Assembly: GCF_009914755.1 (NCBI RefSeq)
Contig: NC_060930.1
Length of the DNA: 64,000 nt
Reading direction: 5' to 3' (one strand)
Origin: the human T2T-CHM13v2.0 reference genome, Homo sapiens
Positions within the stretch are counted from its first letter, which is position 1. Each line of letters begins with the position of its first letter. Both the position numbers and the translations under genes were made by a program. This document shows positions 19,792-32,087 of this stretch, piece after piece. Under the pieces are notes generated by a model that had not been told where the DNA came from, made no database searches, and worked only from the letters and a program-made list of their open reading frames with translations.

Positions 19792-21729
19792 CTTAATGCA
19801 TTTTTTCCATATTTTCTAAATTATATGTAAGAAATACATGTACATGTATACATAAGGCATTTTGAACTGTTAATGAGTTTAATGAAACTATCTCTTCTGT
19901 TTCAGCATTAAGACACTGAATATTGTTGTGAGCTATTTCTATATTGGTATGATTAGGAAATATTAATAGATGCCAAAAAGATTTGAAGATGTAAATCTTT
20001 TCAGAAAGAAAAAACAAGAGATAAAATGAACACATTTAATAAAATATCAATTGAGTGTTAAAGTCTTTTTATTTAATGATGCAGTAAATTACGTTATTAA
20101 ATATCTTACCTTGACTTATCCTTTTTATTCTTGGAGGAAATGCCCCTTTGTCATTTAATAGAATTTTATCTGCAGTGTACATTTTTAAATTTAGAAGTTA
20201 CAACTAAAAGTGGAATAAACATAACTCAAACACTCTATTTTTCCTATCCATTGCTATTTGAGAATATTTGGTTCATGAAGCTCTGATTGCTCTTTCTTAT
20301 ATCCTTCCCAAATAACCAGTAGAAAAAATAGAGTTATATTGCTGTAGGAAAAGAATGACAAATTGCTAGAATATGTTCCCTTTTTCTCTTACATTTTATT
20401 TCCTTTGTATGTTAAATTAAATCACACAAAGTCATGCAGTTTCAAAGACGTCAGAGAAAAGGACTTTGATTCAATTTAATAGAGCTGTCACCGTAATACA
20501 GGGCTAGCAATCATGCACTTCAAAAAGTACACAAAACTCAAAGAATCATGCTGATAGAGGTGGCTCCACGATGCCTCACTTTGTTAATCGCAAGAGGTTG
20601 CTCAGAGTGTCATTTTTTTTTCTAGTGGTCCAATACAAAGTGGGAAAGTCACCAGCAGCAAGGGACTCTAAAATTATAGGCTTGCTACCTTAGCTACTTT
20701 TCTATTATGGAAATACCACATATGGTGGAAATGATAGCACTCAGTGGTCTACTTTGGAAGCAGACAACTCCCTTCATCATTTACACATTTGTTCTATATT
20801 TTGGCAGTGTCACGGAAACCATTATGTGTAAGAAACAGGTATATATAATGGTTCAATCTTTCAAGATTTTTGCATTGTAGAACATTAGACTATGGCCTAC
20901 TATATCATTTCTCTACATGAAGAGATTAGACCAGAGTTTTTATAAAGATTATTTCCAGTAATATGTTTTAGTGACTTTATACAACCACTATTAAGCAGCT
21001 ATTTTAATGCCATTTAGTGTTAGATGTTAGGTGTACAAGAGTGAACAACACAGAAATCATATTTATGTAATGCTTAGTTGTTTAACCTGGTGCTGGCTAT
21101 CATTTTAGGTATCTGCACGTTCCTGGAACCCAATCTTTCATGGATACCAAACAATGACTACTATGGCAACATCTGCATCTAAATTGTGTAAAACAATTTT
21201 AAAAGAAGAAAATACTATAGTAACCAAGACAGTTTGGAATTGGGTAAAAGAAAGACATATGGATTAATTGAAAAAACTAAGACTCCAGAAGCTGACCCGC
21301 ATGTATACCATTGATTGATTTTTGACAAGGTGTAAAAGTAATTTCATGGATAAGGAATAAGCTTTTAAACACAAGGCTCTGGAACAATTGTATCACCAAG
21401 TTTTTCTATTTTCCTTTCCTTCATTGCCAGATAATTTTAAGATGGAGTCTGGAAAGAAGATTAATTAGACTAGATGGTATTTGTCAGTTGAGAAGTTAGA
21501 AATAAGTTAATTTGCTCAACAAATAAGATGGTTATCATATTCATGCTAAGAAAGATCAGAAAAAAATTCAAATAATCACTGTGATGAAAATTTTAGGAAG
21601 CCAATTCAAAATTAACTAGGATTGCCTAGAAGAATTAAGAGCCTAGGTGAGGAATTCCATAAGAATTTTAGTGGAACAAGCCATTATTATGAATTTTGAC
21701 AAAATACAAGCTGGAAATTGACAAATGTA

Positions 21730-22195
21730 GGACTCTAATACATCAACATTTGCTCTTCCCGATCTTCTTTCCACCCTTGTTTATTCTACCCTCTAAACAC
21801 TAGAGATCAATTCAAAGGACTGGCTTTAGCCTCCAGCTACTGAACAGCTTTGGTTAATAAGAAGCACCTGCAGAAGACTAGAAGACAACAGGAAAGGGGT
21901 TGTCTAGTATTTTCTAGTCTCCTCCCTGTCTGTTCTTATTGGATTACCTGTGTCCTACTTCCAAAGGCCACACCTTCTGTAACCTAGAAGCTTTCCATTT
22001 TAGGTTCTGGTCCTTCTCTTACCTCTGTCTCTTTAGGCCCAATGCTGGTTTTGCTGTTATTGGTCTCTTGAGAACTGTAAGATCCTTAGTTTTCCTTAAA
22101 CTCTACCCATATTTTAATAAGTAATTACCATATTAAACTCTCCCCAAATACCCAGTTAGACTGTTTATTCGCTGATGTGACTCTGATCAACACAG
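21730..22195 (+). mobile_element. Old ERVL LTR (LTR33-like)
   Basis: tttggttaataagaagcacctgcagaagactagaagacaacagg ... attaaactctcc resembles LTR33/LTR16. Diverged; boundaries approximate. Confidence 0.45.
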
Positions 22196-23646
22196 TGGAT
22201 GAACATATTGGAAAATGTCAACAAATGCCTTGCAAATGATTTATTATAATGACTAAATGACTAGAAAGGCAAGAAAAACTGGAAGGAGATTAGGAGATGT
22301 AGGTGAGGTCAAAATAAAGAATAGTTGCAATGGGAATGAAGAATGGGAAAAGTGAAAAGCAGCAAGATTATGTTTAAAAAGACCAAATTTTAGGTTTTAT
22401 TTACTAATAATGAAGAATTTGTGCCCTGATTATTTCCAAGAGGTGGCTATGGGATGAATTGTTTGAGAGACGTTTTAACTCTGCTACATTTACCAAGAAC
22501 CTTATATGTGAGAAATGATGTATTAGGCATTGTATGTGAGTTATAACAGATAAACCACAAGCTATCAGCCTGTAAAAGTACAAGGACAATACCACATTTA
22601 AATTTGTAATTAATTTTATCATGGTTTTAAGAAATTTTGTAGACAAAATTATATCATATTGAATATATGATATACCAAATAGAATGACTTGTTCTTTCAT
22701 GTTACTGAATTTTCAGCCATAAATTACACACCTAAAACCTTTTAAACGTTGGGGTAATATATGAAGCAAAAACACACAACCATACATACACAGACACAAA
22801 CCACTATAAGTTTATTGTCAAAGGAAAATTAATTTCACTGCCACAAAGTAACACTTGAAAATTCCACAAGATAGAATTTCTTAAAATAATGAAAAATCTT
22901 ATCTTTCTGGTAAACACAATTCTTTAACCTTTTTCCTTTTTTACATCCTTACCAATTTGATAGCAATTACAAGGGGAGAATAGTGATTTAAAATACGCTT
23001 TAAAGTAAGAACTGTTATATGAGAAAACTGGCTTGTCATTAATATATCAAGGCTCTGAATTCAAATTCACAGATATTATCTCCTTCAATTTTTGCATAGT
23101 GCTTTTGTTAAATAAAATACTTGAAATTAACTTATATTCTGAATTATATAAAATGAAACAAAAAACTTTAAATTTAAAAATGATATACCATGCCATAGAG
23201 GATAGGAAATCTCAAGAAAGTTCCAGTGATTTCCTCTTTCCCATATTAAAAAAAATGCTACCACTGAAGATACCGTTAGAAAGAGTATGTTATATTGTGT
23301 TCAACCTGACAAAGAAGCTATTTCAAGAAATGAGAATAATAAAAGTTATTTCTAAACTTTGAGAGATCTGTCATAATGAATTGAACTAGTTCAGTTTCTG
23401 ATTGCTTGACAGCAGTATAGCTGTCTCCAACCTACTACTGTATTGATCTGGTAGCCTTTGTGGCAGTGCATAAAGAATAACCATCTGTGTCAGGTACAAC
23501 AGCAGGTGCCTTCTCAATTGAACTGGCTGCTGCCCTGATTACAATGAGGCTGTTCAGAGCACCCGGTGACCATGACAGGCTCTTTCTTCTCTGTAGAAAA
23601 GAAACTCATTTCTAAAAGTTTACTGAACAGAAACTGAGAAACTCAC

Positions 23647-25413
23647 CAGAAATCATCAGCCGTTGAGGTGCCAGAATGGATTCCAGTGAAGACAAAGTAA
23701 GAGATCTAGTGAAGGGAAGATGCCGGCTTGCAGTGGGAAATTCCTGATATTGCACACTAGGCTGAAGTTCCCATTTGGACCATTCTGAAGAAGTCTTGAC
23801 CTCTTTTTTAAGAGAGGTCATATAATCTGTAAAATATGGCCAATCTGGCCTAATTACAGACATGGAGGAAGACGTCTGTATTGAAAGTGCTGGAGTTGCT
23901 GAAACTGTATAAAATGCAACATTGGTGGTGACTTCTGAAAAATCAGGCACTGAGCCTGTCAATGGTGGCAGATTATTTTTGAAGTCATTTGCATGTGTAA
24001 TTTCTGAATATGTCTTTAAAGTAACATCCGGATAAATTTGTAAGTTTAACTCAAAATCCAGAGAACTATCACTTGGGTGAAGTTTGAACAGTGTATGAGA
24101 TCCTTTACTTTTTTCCATGTCCAATAAGCTCTCTTGATTTAGTACCTCAGTGGGTCCCATAGTTATGCCATATTGTCTTATTTTCAATAGTTTTAAAATG
24201 TTTTCTGATACTGACAGTTCATCAGTAGTCATTTTTGAAGTCAAATCAGAATTCATCAAGTCTGAAGAGATAGTTTGTGAAGGGACAATGGATAAACAAG
24301 TCTTATCCAAACATAAATTAACATCCAAATTACTTGATAGGGTAATGGATTCTTCCAAGGATGAGGATAAAATTGTTCTTTTTGCACTCTTTTTAGAAGG
24401 AAATAAAGATGGCACTTCTGTGAATGCCACTGATGGTGTTATTTCAGTAGCAGAAGAAAATGAATGCCCAGAAGTGATAGTTTGAGCTCCCATTAGTGCA
24501 TACCAGCTGGCTAATATCGCTGAGTTCATCCAGAATGTCTCATAAAAGTGGGACTGTTTGCTATGCAAAACTTGATCTGAGAATTCACGAGAGGATTTTA
24601 TTTCAGTCATAGAACATGTTGCACATGTTTGGCTTAATTCTCTTAAAGAATCAGCAGCCTGTGATTTGATGTTTGTGAGTCTCTGGTTGCTTGAAGCCTC
24701 AGTAATAGCCTGATATTCACTGGGATTGAAGGCTTTTGTACTGAACCGGTGCAGAGCTGATGAGTTTAAGATGGTTACCTGTTTAGATATAATTACCTTA
24801 GCAGGAAAAATGGGAGACATCGAGGGGCTGAGCAATCTCCAGTGCTCTCTTCTTGAAATTAAAGAATCAGCTGAATATTCTTCAATATCCTCTTGAGCCC
24901 CCCTAGAGACAACTGGAGTTGCACTTATGGAGGCAGCTATAAGCAGGAATCCACGGGAGAGTAATGACTGCCTGTTTAGCTCAATATCAGCCCCTGGAAT
25001 GCTTCTAATTACTGAAGTCGTTGGGGTAGCAGATAAAGCAACAGTCTGACAGTTCTCAAATAATAAAGATTGTGTAGGAAAAATAAAATCTGACATTAAG
25101 GAAGACATGATAAATGGGGTCCTTGCTCTCCTATCAGGAAAAAAGAAACCTAGTGTGGCTGCTGAAGTTCGAATAGGCATATGTGATACCGATGTTTTGT
25201 CCTGGACAATTTGTGCTGGGTCACGAATACCAAAATTCAGGAATCGAGAAGAGGAAACATCTGCGGAAGAAAGAAGACTGTGTTTTGCTGAAAGCTCTCT
25301 AGTGACAATCAGTTCTTGGAGTAAGTAGCTTTCCAAGGGTGTGCTAATTCTTAATGTTGCCAAACCAGTGGTTGGGAGAATGTCGTGCTTGACAATGCCT
25401 GTCTGTTTTGGAC
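23647..25413 (-). CDS. EYS: EYS exon 26 (1767 nt): Ser/Thr-rich, mucin-like linker, about residues 1293-1882
   Basis: Lies within the 607-aa ORF 23612-25435. Acceptor ttttttcctttttgtag|GTCCA, donor TTTCTG|gtgagt. Phase 1-1, 589 codons. Recalled EYS residues map correctly (Q1325, I1361, L1419, S1653). Confidence 0.97.
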
Positions 25414-25444
25414 CTACAAAAAGGAAAAAAGCCAAAAAGGTTAG
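25414..25444 (-). promoter_or_regulatory. Branch point (CTAAC) and polypyrimidine tract of the exon 26 acceptor
   Basis: The minus strand reads ttttCTAACctttttggcttttttcctttttgtAG. The putative branch A at 25441 is about 28 nt upstream of the exon. Confidence 0.75.
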
Positions 25445-26540
25445 AAAAATGAATCAGAAACGAACCACTTTGGCACTGGGATAAATCTCAGGCAAATTGC
25501 ACTGGCACCTTACATCCATTATATGTAGACAAATATGGTTCTGTAAATCATATTTCTAATAAAAGTACATGAGGAGTTTAATGATTTCACAAACTGCATA
25601 AATGCAAAGATTCCTATTATTTACACTCCATGGGAGGGCTAAAGTTAGAACAAATGGCATTACATAGAATTGACATATTCCCAACTAAATGACTCCTTTG
25701 AATAAGAACACATGAAAAATTACAACTCTTTGTCATTGACACAACCAATGAATGTTTGACCCATCGGGTTAGAAATGTTAGAAATACCGTTTTACTTCCT
25801 CAATAGGCAAAATGTTCTGTTTATATTAGATAACACCATATTTCAATTTAATTTTTTAAAAGAATAGAAATTACATAGATGAAAAATAGACAAGGTACAT
25901 TTCTACTTAGAATACCCAATAGCCTTCAAAATTATTTTTTCTTCAAGAATTCCTTGCTAAGGGCTACAATTCTTACTCTGATTATCCGAAGTGGCATTGG
26001 CTACATGAAGAGTAAATTTGGAATTTAATATACAATGTACTGTTTATAATATGACATCACTTGATTTAGAAAGTTAAAGAATTGGACATGTAAAAAACAG
26101 CCTGAAGTTGTTAAAATAATTCACAATAGGAAAATAAGCACATATCTTTTATCTGAGTGTTAGTCAAATAATTTGATAGGAATATAAATTTACCTTAATG
26201 ACTCAGAGAATATGAAGTAAAGACACATTGATGCAAGTAGCACAAGGCCCTTTTAAAACAAAATGTGCTGGGATTGAGGTCCAGTTGTCTATTCGAATTT
26301 ACACAGTGGAATAAAAACTGTTAATTTACATTTTTTTACTGATCCAGAAATAGTATTAGCAAACAACATTGTTTAAAACAAAACTTAAAACAGGAGTCAT
26401 AACCAATAATGCTTAATTTTACACCCCTAAAAATCATGTATCTCAGAAAAAAAAAAGATTTTAATAATGCAGAAAATATGCTTTTACCACACAACTTTTT
26501 CAAACTCAAACTTCTTAATATCTTACCCACTTCTACTTAC

Positions 26541-26733
26541 CTTGATCAACTGGGTAAGTGTCCATTATGGCTGGTATTCTAGTAGCCTTTATAGATGGAA
26601 AGCTGCTGACCAAAGTCTCAGAAGGGGGAATTGTATATGTCTGTGTGGAAATGGGATCTGTTCTTTGAAAGATGGGAGTTAAACAGGTAATTCTCCTTAT
26701 TTCATCACCACAAAGAAGCCCAATGGAGCAGGT
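26541..26733 (-). CDS. EYS: EYS exon 25 (193 nt): TCSIGLLCGDEIRRITC...DTYPVDQ
   Basis: Acceptor gtcatttgcag|ACC, donor CAAG|gtaagt. Phase 0-1 joins exons 24 and 26 in frame. Matches ORF 26533-26739. Confidence 0.96.
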
Positions 26734-27730
26734 CTGCAAATGACAATTACAGTAATTAAATTAAGCTCAGTTTCTTTGTTCCTAAGAGAAATTGTAAAGT
26801 TTGTTTTGAGATCCATTTGCATTTCCATAGACATATTGGATAGCTCAAATAAAATATTTTACTTGAAAATTAAATCTCCATAGTAAATTTTACCCATATT
26901 TCAAAATGGACTCAATCCTTTCAATTTGAGATATGCACAGTTGCATGCCCAAATTTATTCTTAATTCCTTTAATTTTAAGTCAAAATACTATTTTTACTT
27001 TTGAGAATATAGTTTTCCAATGAAGAATTTGTACTGTATGGTAATTAATGTGGATATAAAAAAGAAGTCACATTACAAATTATAAAACTTTTCTGCTCTA
27101 AAAGTCAAATTTAGTTGGAAGCTAATGTAAAATGCAGTATCTGCAACAGAAAATTTGAAAACATATTCTTGTGATTTGCAAATTATTTTAGTTTGTATTG
27201 GCTTGCAGTAGGAATGATCTTTATGTGTTTTAGTTTGACATGAAAAGGCTATTTCTACCATATCCTATAAAATAGCTTTCACATGAAGAAACTGTGAATG
27301 AAAATTGCGATAATGTATAAATAAGTATAAATGGACCAGAGAGATACGTTTATAAATGTAGAGTTAAAAACAAGTTATACTATATGAATCATTTTTATTT
27401 GTAAGAAAATAATATTTCAAAATGATTTTAAAATACTAATACATGTCTATTTCCTAATAATAAAGACATACCTAATAGGCATCCCTGCTTTAGTGTTCTA
27501 ATATTTGTTAAATATTACATCTAATTTGCAGAACACTTAAGTCTTCTTTCAGATGTGGGTGGTGGTTGTTTCACAGTTCCATATTCTGTAGTCACTTTCA
27601 ACTCACACCAAAAAGTTGTATAAATGTCAGATGATTCCTAATGTTAGATAATTCGCAACAAAGAAAAGCCCAGGACCAGGTGGCTTTACTGCTGAAATTG
27701 ATCATACTTTTAGGAAAGAACTAACACCAA

Positions 27731-28299
27731 GTCTTTGCTATTGTGAATAGTGCTGCAATAAACATACGTGTGCATGTGTCTTTATAGCAGCATGATTTAT
27801 AATCCTTTGGGTATATACTCAGTAATGGGATGGCTGGGTCAAATGGTATTTCTAGTTCGCAACCCAAATGTCCAACAATGATAGACTGGATTAAGAAAAT
27901 GTGGCACATAGACACCATGGAATACAATGCAGCCATAAAAAAGGATGAGTTCATGTCCTTTGTAGGGACATGGATGAAGCTGGAAACCATCATTCTCAGC
28001 AAACTATCGCAAGGACAAAAAACCAAACACTGCATGTTCTTACTCACAGGTGGGAATTGAACGATGAGAACACATGGACACAGGAAGGGGAACATCGCAC
28101 ACCGGGGACTGTTGTGGGGTGGGGGGAGGGGGAGGGATAGCATTAGGAGATATACCTAATGCTAAATGACGAGTTAATGGGTGCAGCACACCAACATGGC
28201 ACATGTATACATATGTAACAAACCTGCACATTGTGCACATGTACCCTAAAACTTAAAGTATAATAATAATAAAATTTAAAAAATTATATAAAAAAAAGA
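27731..28299 (+). mobile_element. 5'-inverted (twin-primed) L1PA3/4 insertion
   Basis: 27731-27858 is antisense L1; 27860-28299 is the sense 3' end with an A-rich tail. Perfect 16-bp TSD aaagaactaacaccaa at 27715-27730 and 28300-28315. Confidence 0.93.
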
Positions 28300-29274
28300 A
28301 AAGAACTAACACCAATTCTTCTCAAGCTATTACAAAACATTGAAGAGGAGGAAATTCTTCCTTACTCATTCTATGAGGCCAGCATTACCCTGACACCAAA
28401 ACTAGACAAGAACATAAAAAAATCCACAGGCAACTATCATTGATGAACCTAGATGCAAAAGTTCTCCCCAAAACACTAGCAAACTGAATACAACAACATA
28501 TCAAAAAATAATACACTATGATCAAGTGGGATTTATCCCAGGCATGCAAGGATGTTTCAACATATGTAAATCAATAAATGTGACATATCAATCAACAATA
28601 TCAAGGACAAAATCCATATAAGTATCTCAATAGATGCAGAAATTAATTTGATAAAATTGAATATCACTTCATAATAAAAAGTCTCAACAAATTTGGCATT
28701 AAAAAATACTTTAACATAATGAAGGTCATAAATGACAAACCCACACCTGAAATCATATTAAATGGGCAAAAGCTGAAACCCTTTCCTCTAAGAACTGTAA
28801 TAAGACAGGATGCCCACTTTCACCATTGTTATTCACCATTGTCCCGGAAGTGCCAACAAGAGCAATTAGGAATGAGAGAGAAATAAAGAGCATTAAAATT
28901 AGAAAAAAGGAAGTCAAACTGACCCTCTTTGCAGAAGACATAATCTTATATATAGAAAAACCTAAAGACTCCACCACAAAATCTCTTAGAGCTGATGAAC
29001 AAATTCAGTGAAATTGTAGAATAAAAAAATCAACATACAAAATTTAGCATTGTTTCCATACACCAATAATGAACTATTTGAAAAAGAAATTAAAAATGCA
29101 ATCCCAGTCACAATAGCCTCACAAAAGAAATACATAGGAATAAATTTAACCAAGGAGGTGAAAAATCTGCAAGGAAAACTACAAAACACTGATGCAAGAC
29201 ATTGAAGAGGACAGAAATGAAGGGAAAGACATCCCATGGTTATGGAGCAGAAGAATTAATATTATTTCAATGAC

Positions 29275-29699
29275 TGTATTAAACCATTCTGCATTGCTAT
29301 AAAGAAATATCTGAGACTGGGTATTTCATAAAGAAAGTAGGTTTAATTGGCTCTCAGTTCTGCAGGCTTTAGAGGAAGCATGGTGCTGGCATCTGCTTGG
29401 CTTCTAAGAATGCCTCAGATAGTTTACAGTCATAACAGAAGACGAAGAGGGAGGAGGCACATCACATGACAAAAGCAGGAGCAACAAAGAGAGAGAGAGC
29501 CAGGGAGGGGATGGGTAGGGGACACACACTTTAAAATAACCAGATCTCACAGGAACTCACCAACTACTGCAACACCAGCAGAAAGTGATGAGGGATCCAC
29601 CTCCATGACCCAAATTCCTCCCCCCAGGCCACATCTCCAGCACTGGGGATTGCAATTTAACATGAGATTTGGGCAGGGTCAAATATTCAAACTTTATGA
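29275..29699 (-). mobile_element. MSTB-like MaLR solo LTR inside L1MA
   Basis: tgtattaaaccattctgcattgctataaagaaa ... catgagatttgggcaggg. 5-bp TSD atgac at 29270-29274 and 29700-29704. Confidence 0.9.
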
Positions 29700-31304
29700 A
29701 TGACCATGCTATTCAAAGCAATCTACAGATTCAAAGAAATCTCTATCAAAAGACCAATGATATTTTTCAGAGAGATAGGAAAAACAATTCTGAATTTATA
29801 TGGAATCACAAAAGATTCTGAATAGCCAAAGCAATCCTAAGTAAAAAGAACAAAGCTGGAAGCATCATACTCTCTGACTTTAAATTATACTATGTAGCTA
29901 CAGTAACTTAAAGCAGCATGGCATTGGTATGAAAACAGACACATAGACCAATGGAACAGAATAGAGAAGAAAGAGATAGATTCACATATTCACAGCTAGC
30001 TGATTTTTGATAGAGATACCAAACGTTAGAGAAAGAATGCTATCTTCAATAAATAGCGCAGGGAAAACTGGATACTCATATGAAGAAAAATAAAACTAGA
30101 CTCGTATCTCTCACCATATACAAAAATCAACTCAAAATTGATTACAGACTTAAGCATAAGACCCCAAGCTATAAAACTACTAGAAGAAAACAGAGTAAAT
30201 GCCTCAGGACATTGGTATAGGCAAAGATTTTTATGAGTATGATCTCAAAAGCACAAGAAACAAAAAACAAAAATAGACAAATGGAATTGAGTTAAACTAA
30301 GGAGCTTCTGCATAGAAAAGGAAACAATTGACAGAGTGAACAGATAACCTGCAGAATGAGAAAAAATGTTTTCACACAATGCATCCAACAGGGAACTAAT
30401 ATTTAAAATTTTACAAGGACCTCAAACAACTCAACAACAATAAAAAATATAACCCCATCAAAAAAAGTGGACAAGGGGCATGAATAGGCATTTTTTTCAA
30501 AAGAAGACATACAAATGGCCAAGAAACGTATGAAAAGCTGCTCAATGTCACTAATCATCAGAGAAAGGCCAATTAAAACTGCAATGAGATATTATCTTAC
30601 ATTAGTTAGAATGGCTACCATTAAAAAGACAAAAAATAACAGATATTGGCAAGGATGCAGAGAAAAGGGAACCCTTATATGCTTCTGGTAGGAATGTAAA
30701 CTAGGACAAACTCTATGGAAAACAGTATGGAGATTTCTCAAAGAACTAAAAATAGAACTACGATTCAATTCAGCAGTCCCACTACTGGGTATACAGCCAA
30801 AGGAAAATAAATCATTATATCAAAAAGATACATGTATTTATATGTTTATCACAGCACCGTTCACAATAGCAAAGATGTGGAATCCACCTATCAGTGAAGG
30901 CTGGATCAAGAAAATGGTGGTATATATACACAATGGAATACTAGTCAGCCATAAAAAGAATTAAATCAGGTGTTTTGTAGCAATGTGGATGGAACTGGAG
31001 GTCATTTTCCAACATGAAACAACCCAGACACAGAAAGACAAATACCCACATGTTCTCAGTTACAAGTGGGAGCTAAATAATGTGTACATATGGACATAGA
31101 GTGGAGAAAAATAAAAACTGGAGACTTAAAAGGGTGGGGGAGGACATGGGGGGGTAAATAATGAGAAATTACTTGTGGTTACAATGTCTGTTATTGGAGT
31201 GATGGATATACTAAAATCCCAGATTTCATCATTATGCCATATAGACAGTCACGTAACAAAATTGCACTTGTAACGCTTAATTTGATACAAATTTTTTAAA
31301 AGCT

Positions 31305-31460
31305 AAAAGAGAATTTTAATGTTCACAACACAAAAAAGATATCTTCAATATTATGCTAATTACCCTGATTTTATCACTAACACAATGTATACATCCATTG
31401 AAATATTACTATGTATTCCATAAATATGTACAATTAATATGCGTCAACTAAAAATAAAAG
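31305..31460 (+). mobile_element. Second L1MA-type 3' terminus
   Basis: tatgctaattaccctgatt ... ccataaatatgtacaattaatatgcgtcaactaaaaataaaa. Confidence 0.65.
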
Positions 31461-31602
31461 AACAAAAGAACTATAAAGTGTCTGTGTATAAAAACTTAAA
31501 CATTAAGTGGAAAAATATCCACAGCAAACAAAAACACAGGGTCAACAGGATCCCTTACCATAATGGATACAGAATGCATGTAAATTAAGAAAAAAGAGAA
31601 GG

Positions 31603-31952
<350 letters not shown>

Positions 31953-32087
31953 TCATGACTTAAAAAATTATTTTCTTTCTGAATCTATGTTTGAGGAAAA
32001 ATATGCAAATAAGATCTTCTGAATTAGAGCTTTATGAGAATATGGTCATCTGCTTTCTTGTGGACATTGTATAGCCCTCTATGTCTT

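Larger units (their letters stand above)
27652..31300 (+). mobile_element. L1MA2/3-like 3' half (ORF2 plus 3'UTR), interrupted by L1PA3/4 and MSTB
   Basis: ORF2 homology is continuous across both insertions (gaactaacaccaattcttctc; [22 protein letters not shown]). 3'UTR gagaaattact ... gtgatggatatactaaaatcccagatttc ... gtaacaaaattgcacttgta. Confidence 0.88.

Noticed and set aside
24150-25328. Plus-strand ORFs 24150-24485 and 25107-25328
   Set aside because: Antisense shadows of the exon 26 coding frame.
23612-25435. The 607-aa ORF as a stand-alone single-exon gene
   Set aside because: Its first residues (MAFFLFV) are the translated polypyrimidine tract from a TTG. Splice sites and phases tie it to EYS exon 25.
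25450-25540. ICLHIMDVRCQCNLPE in intron 25 as an EGF remnant
   Set aside because: Only a CxC motif, with no splice sites. It shows how easily Cys motifs arise by chance, which also tempers the other decayed-exon candidates.
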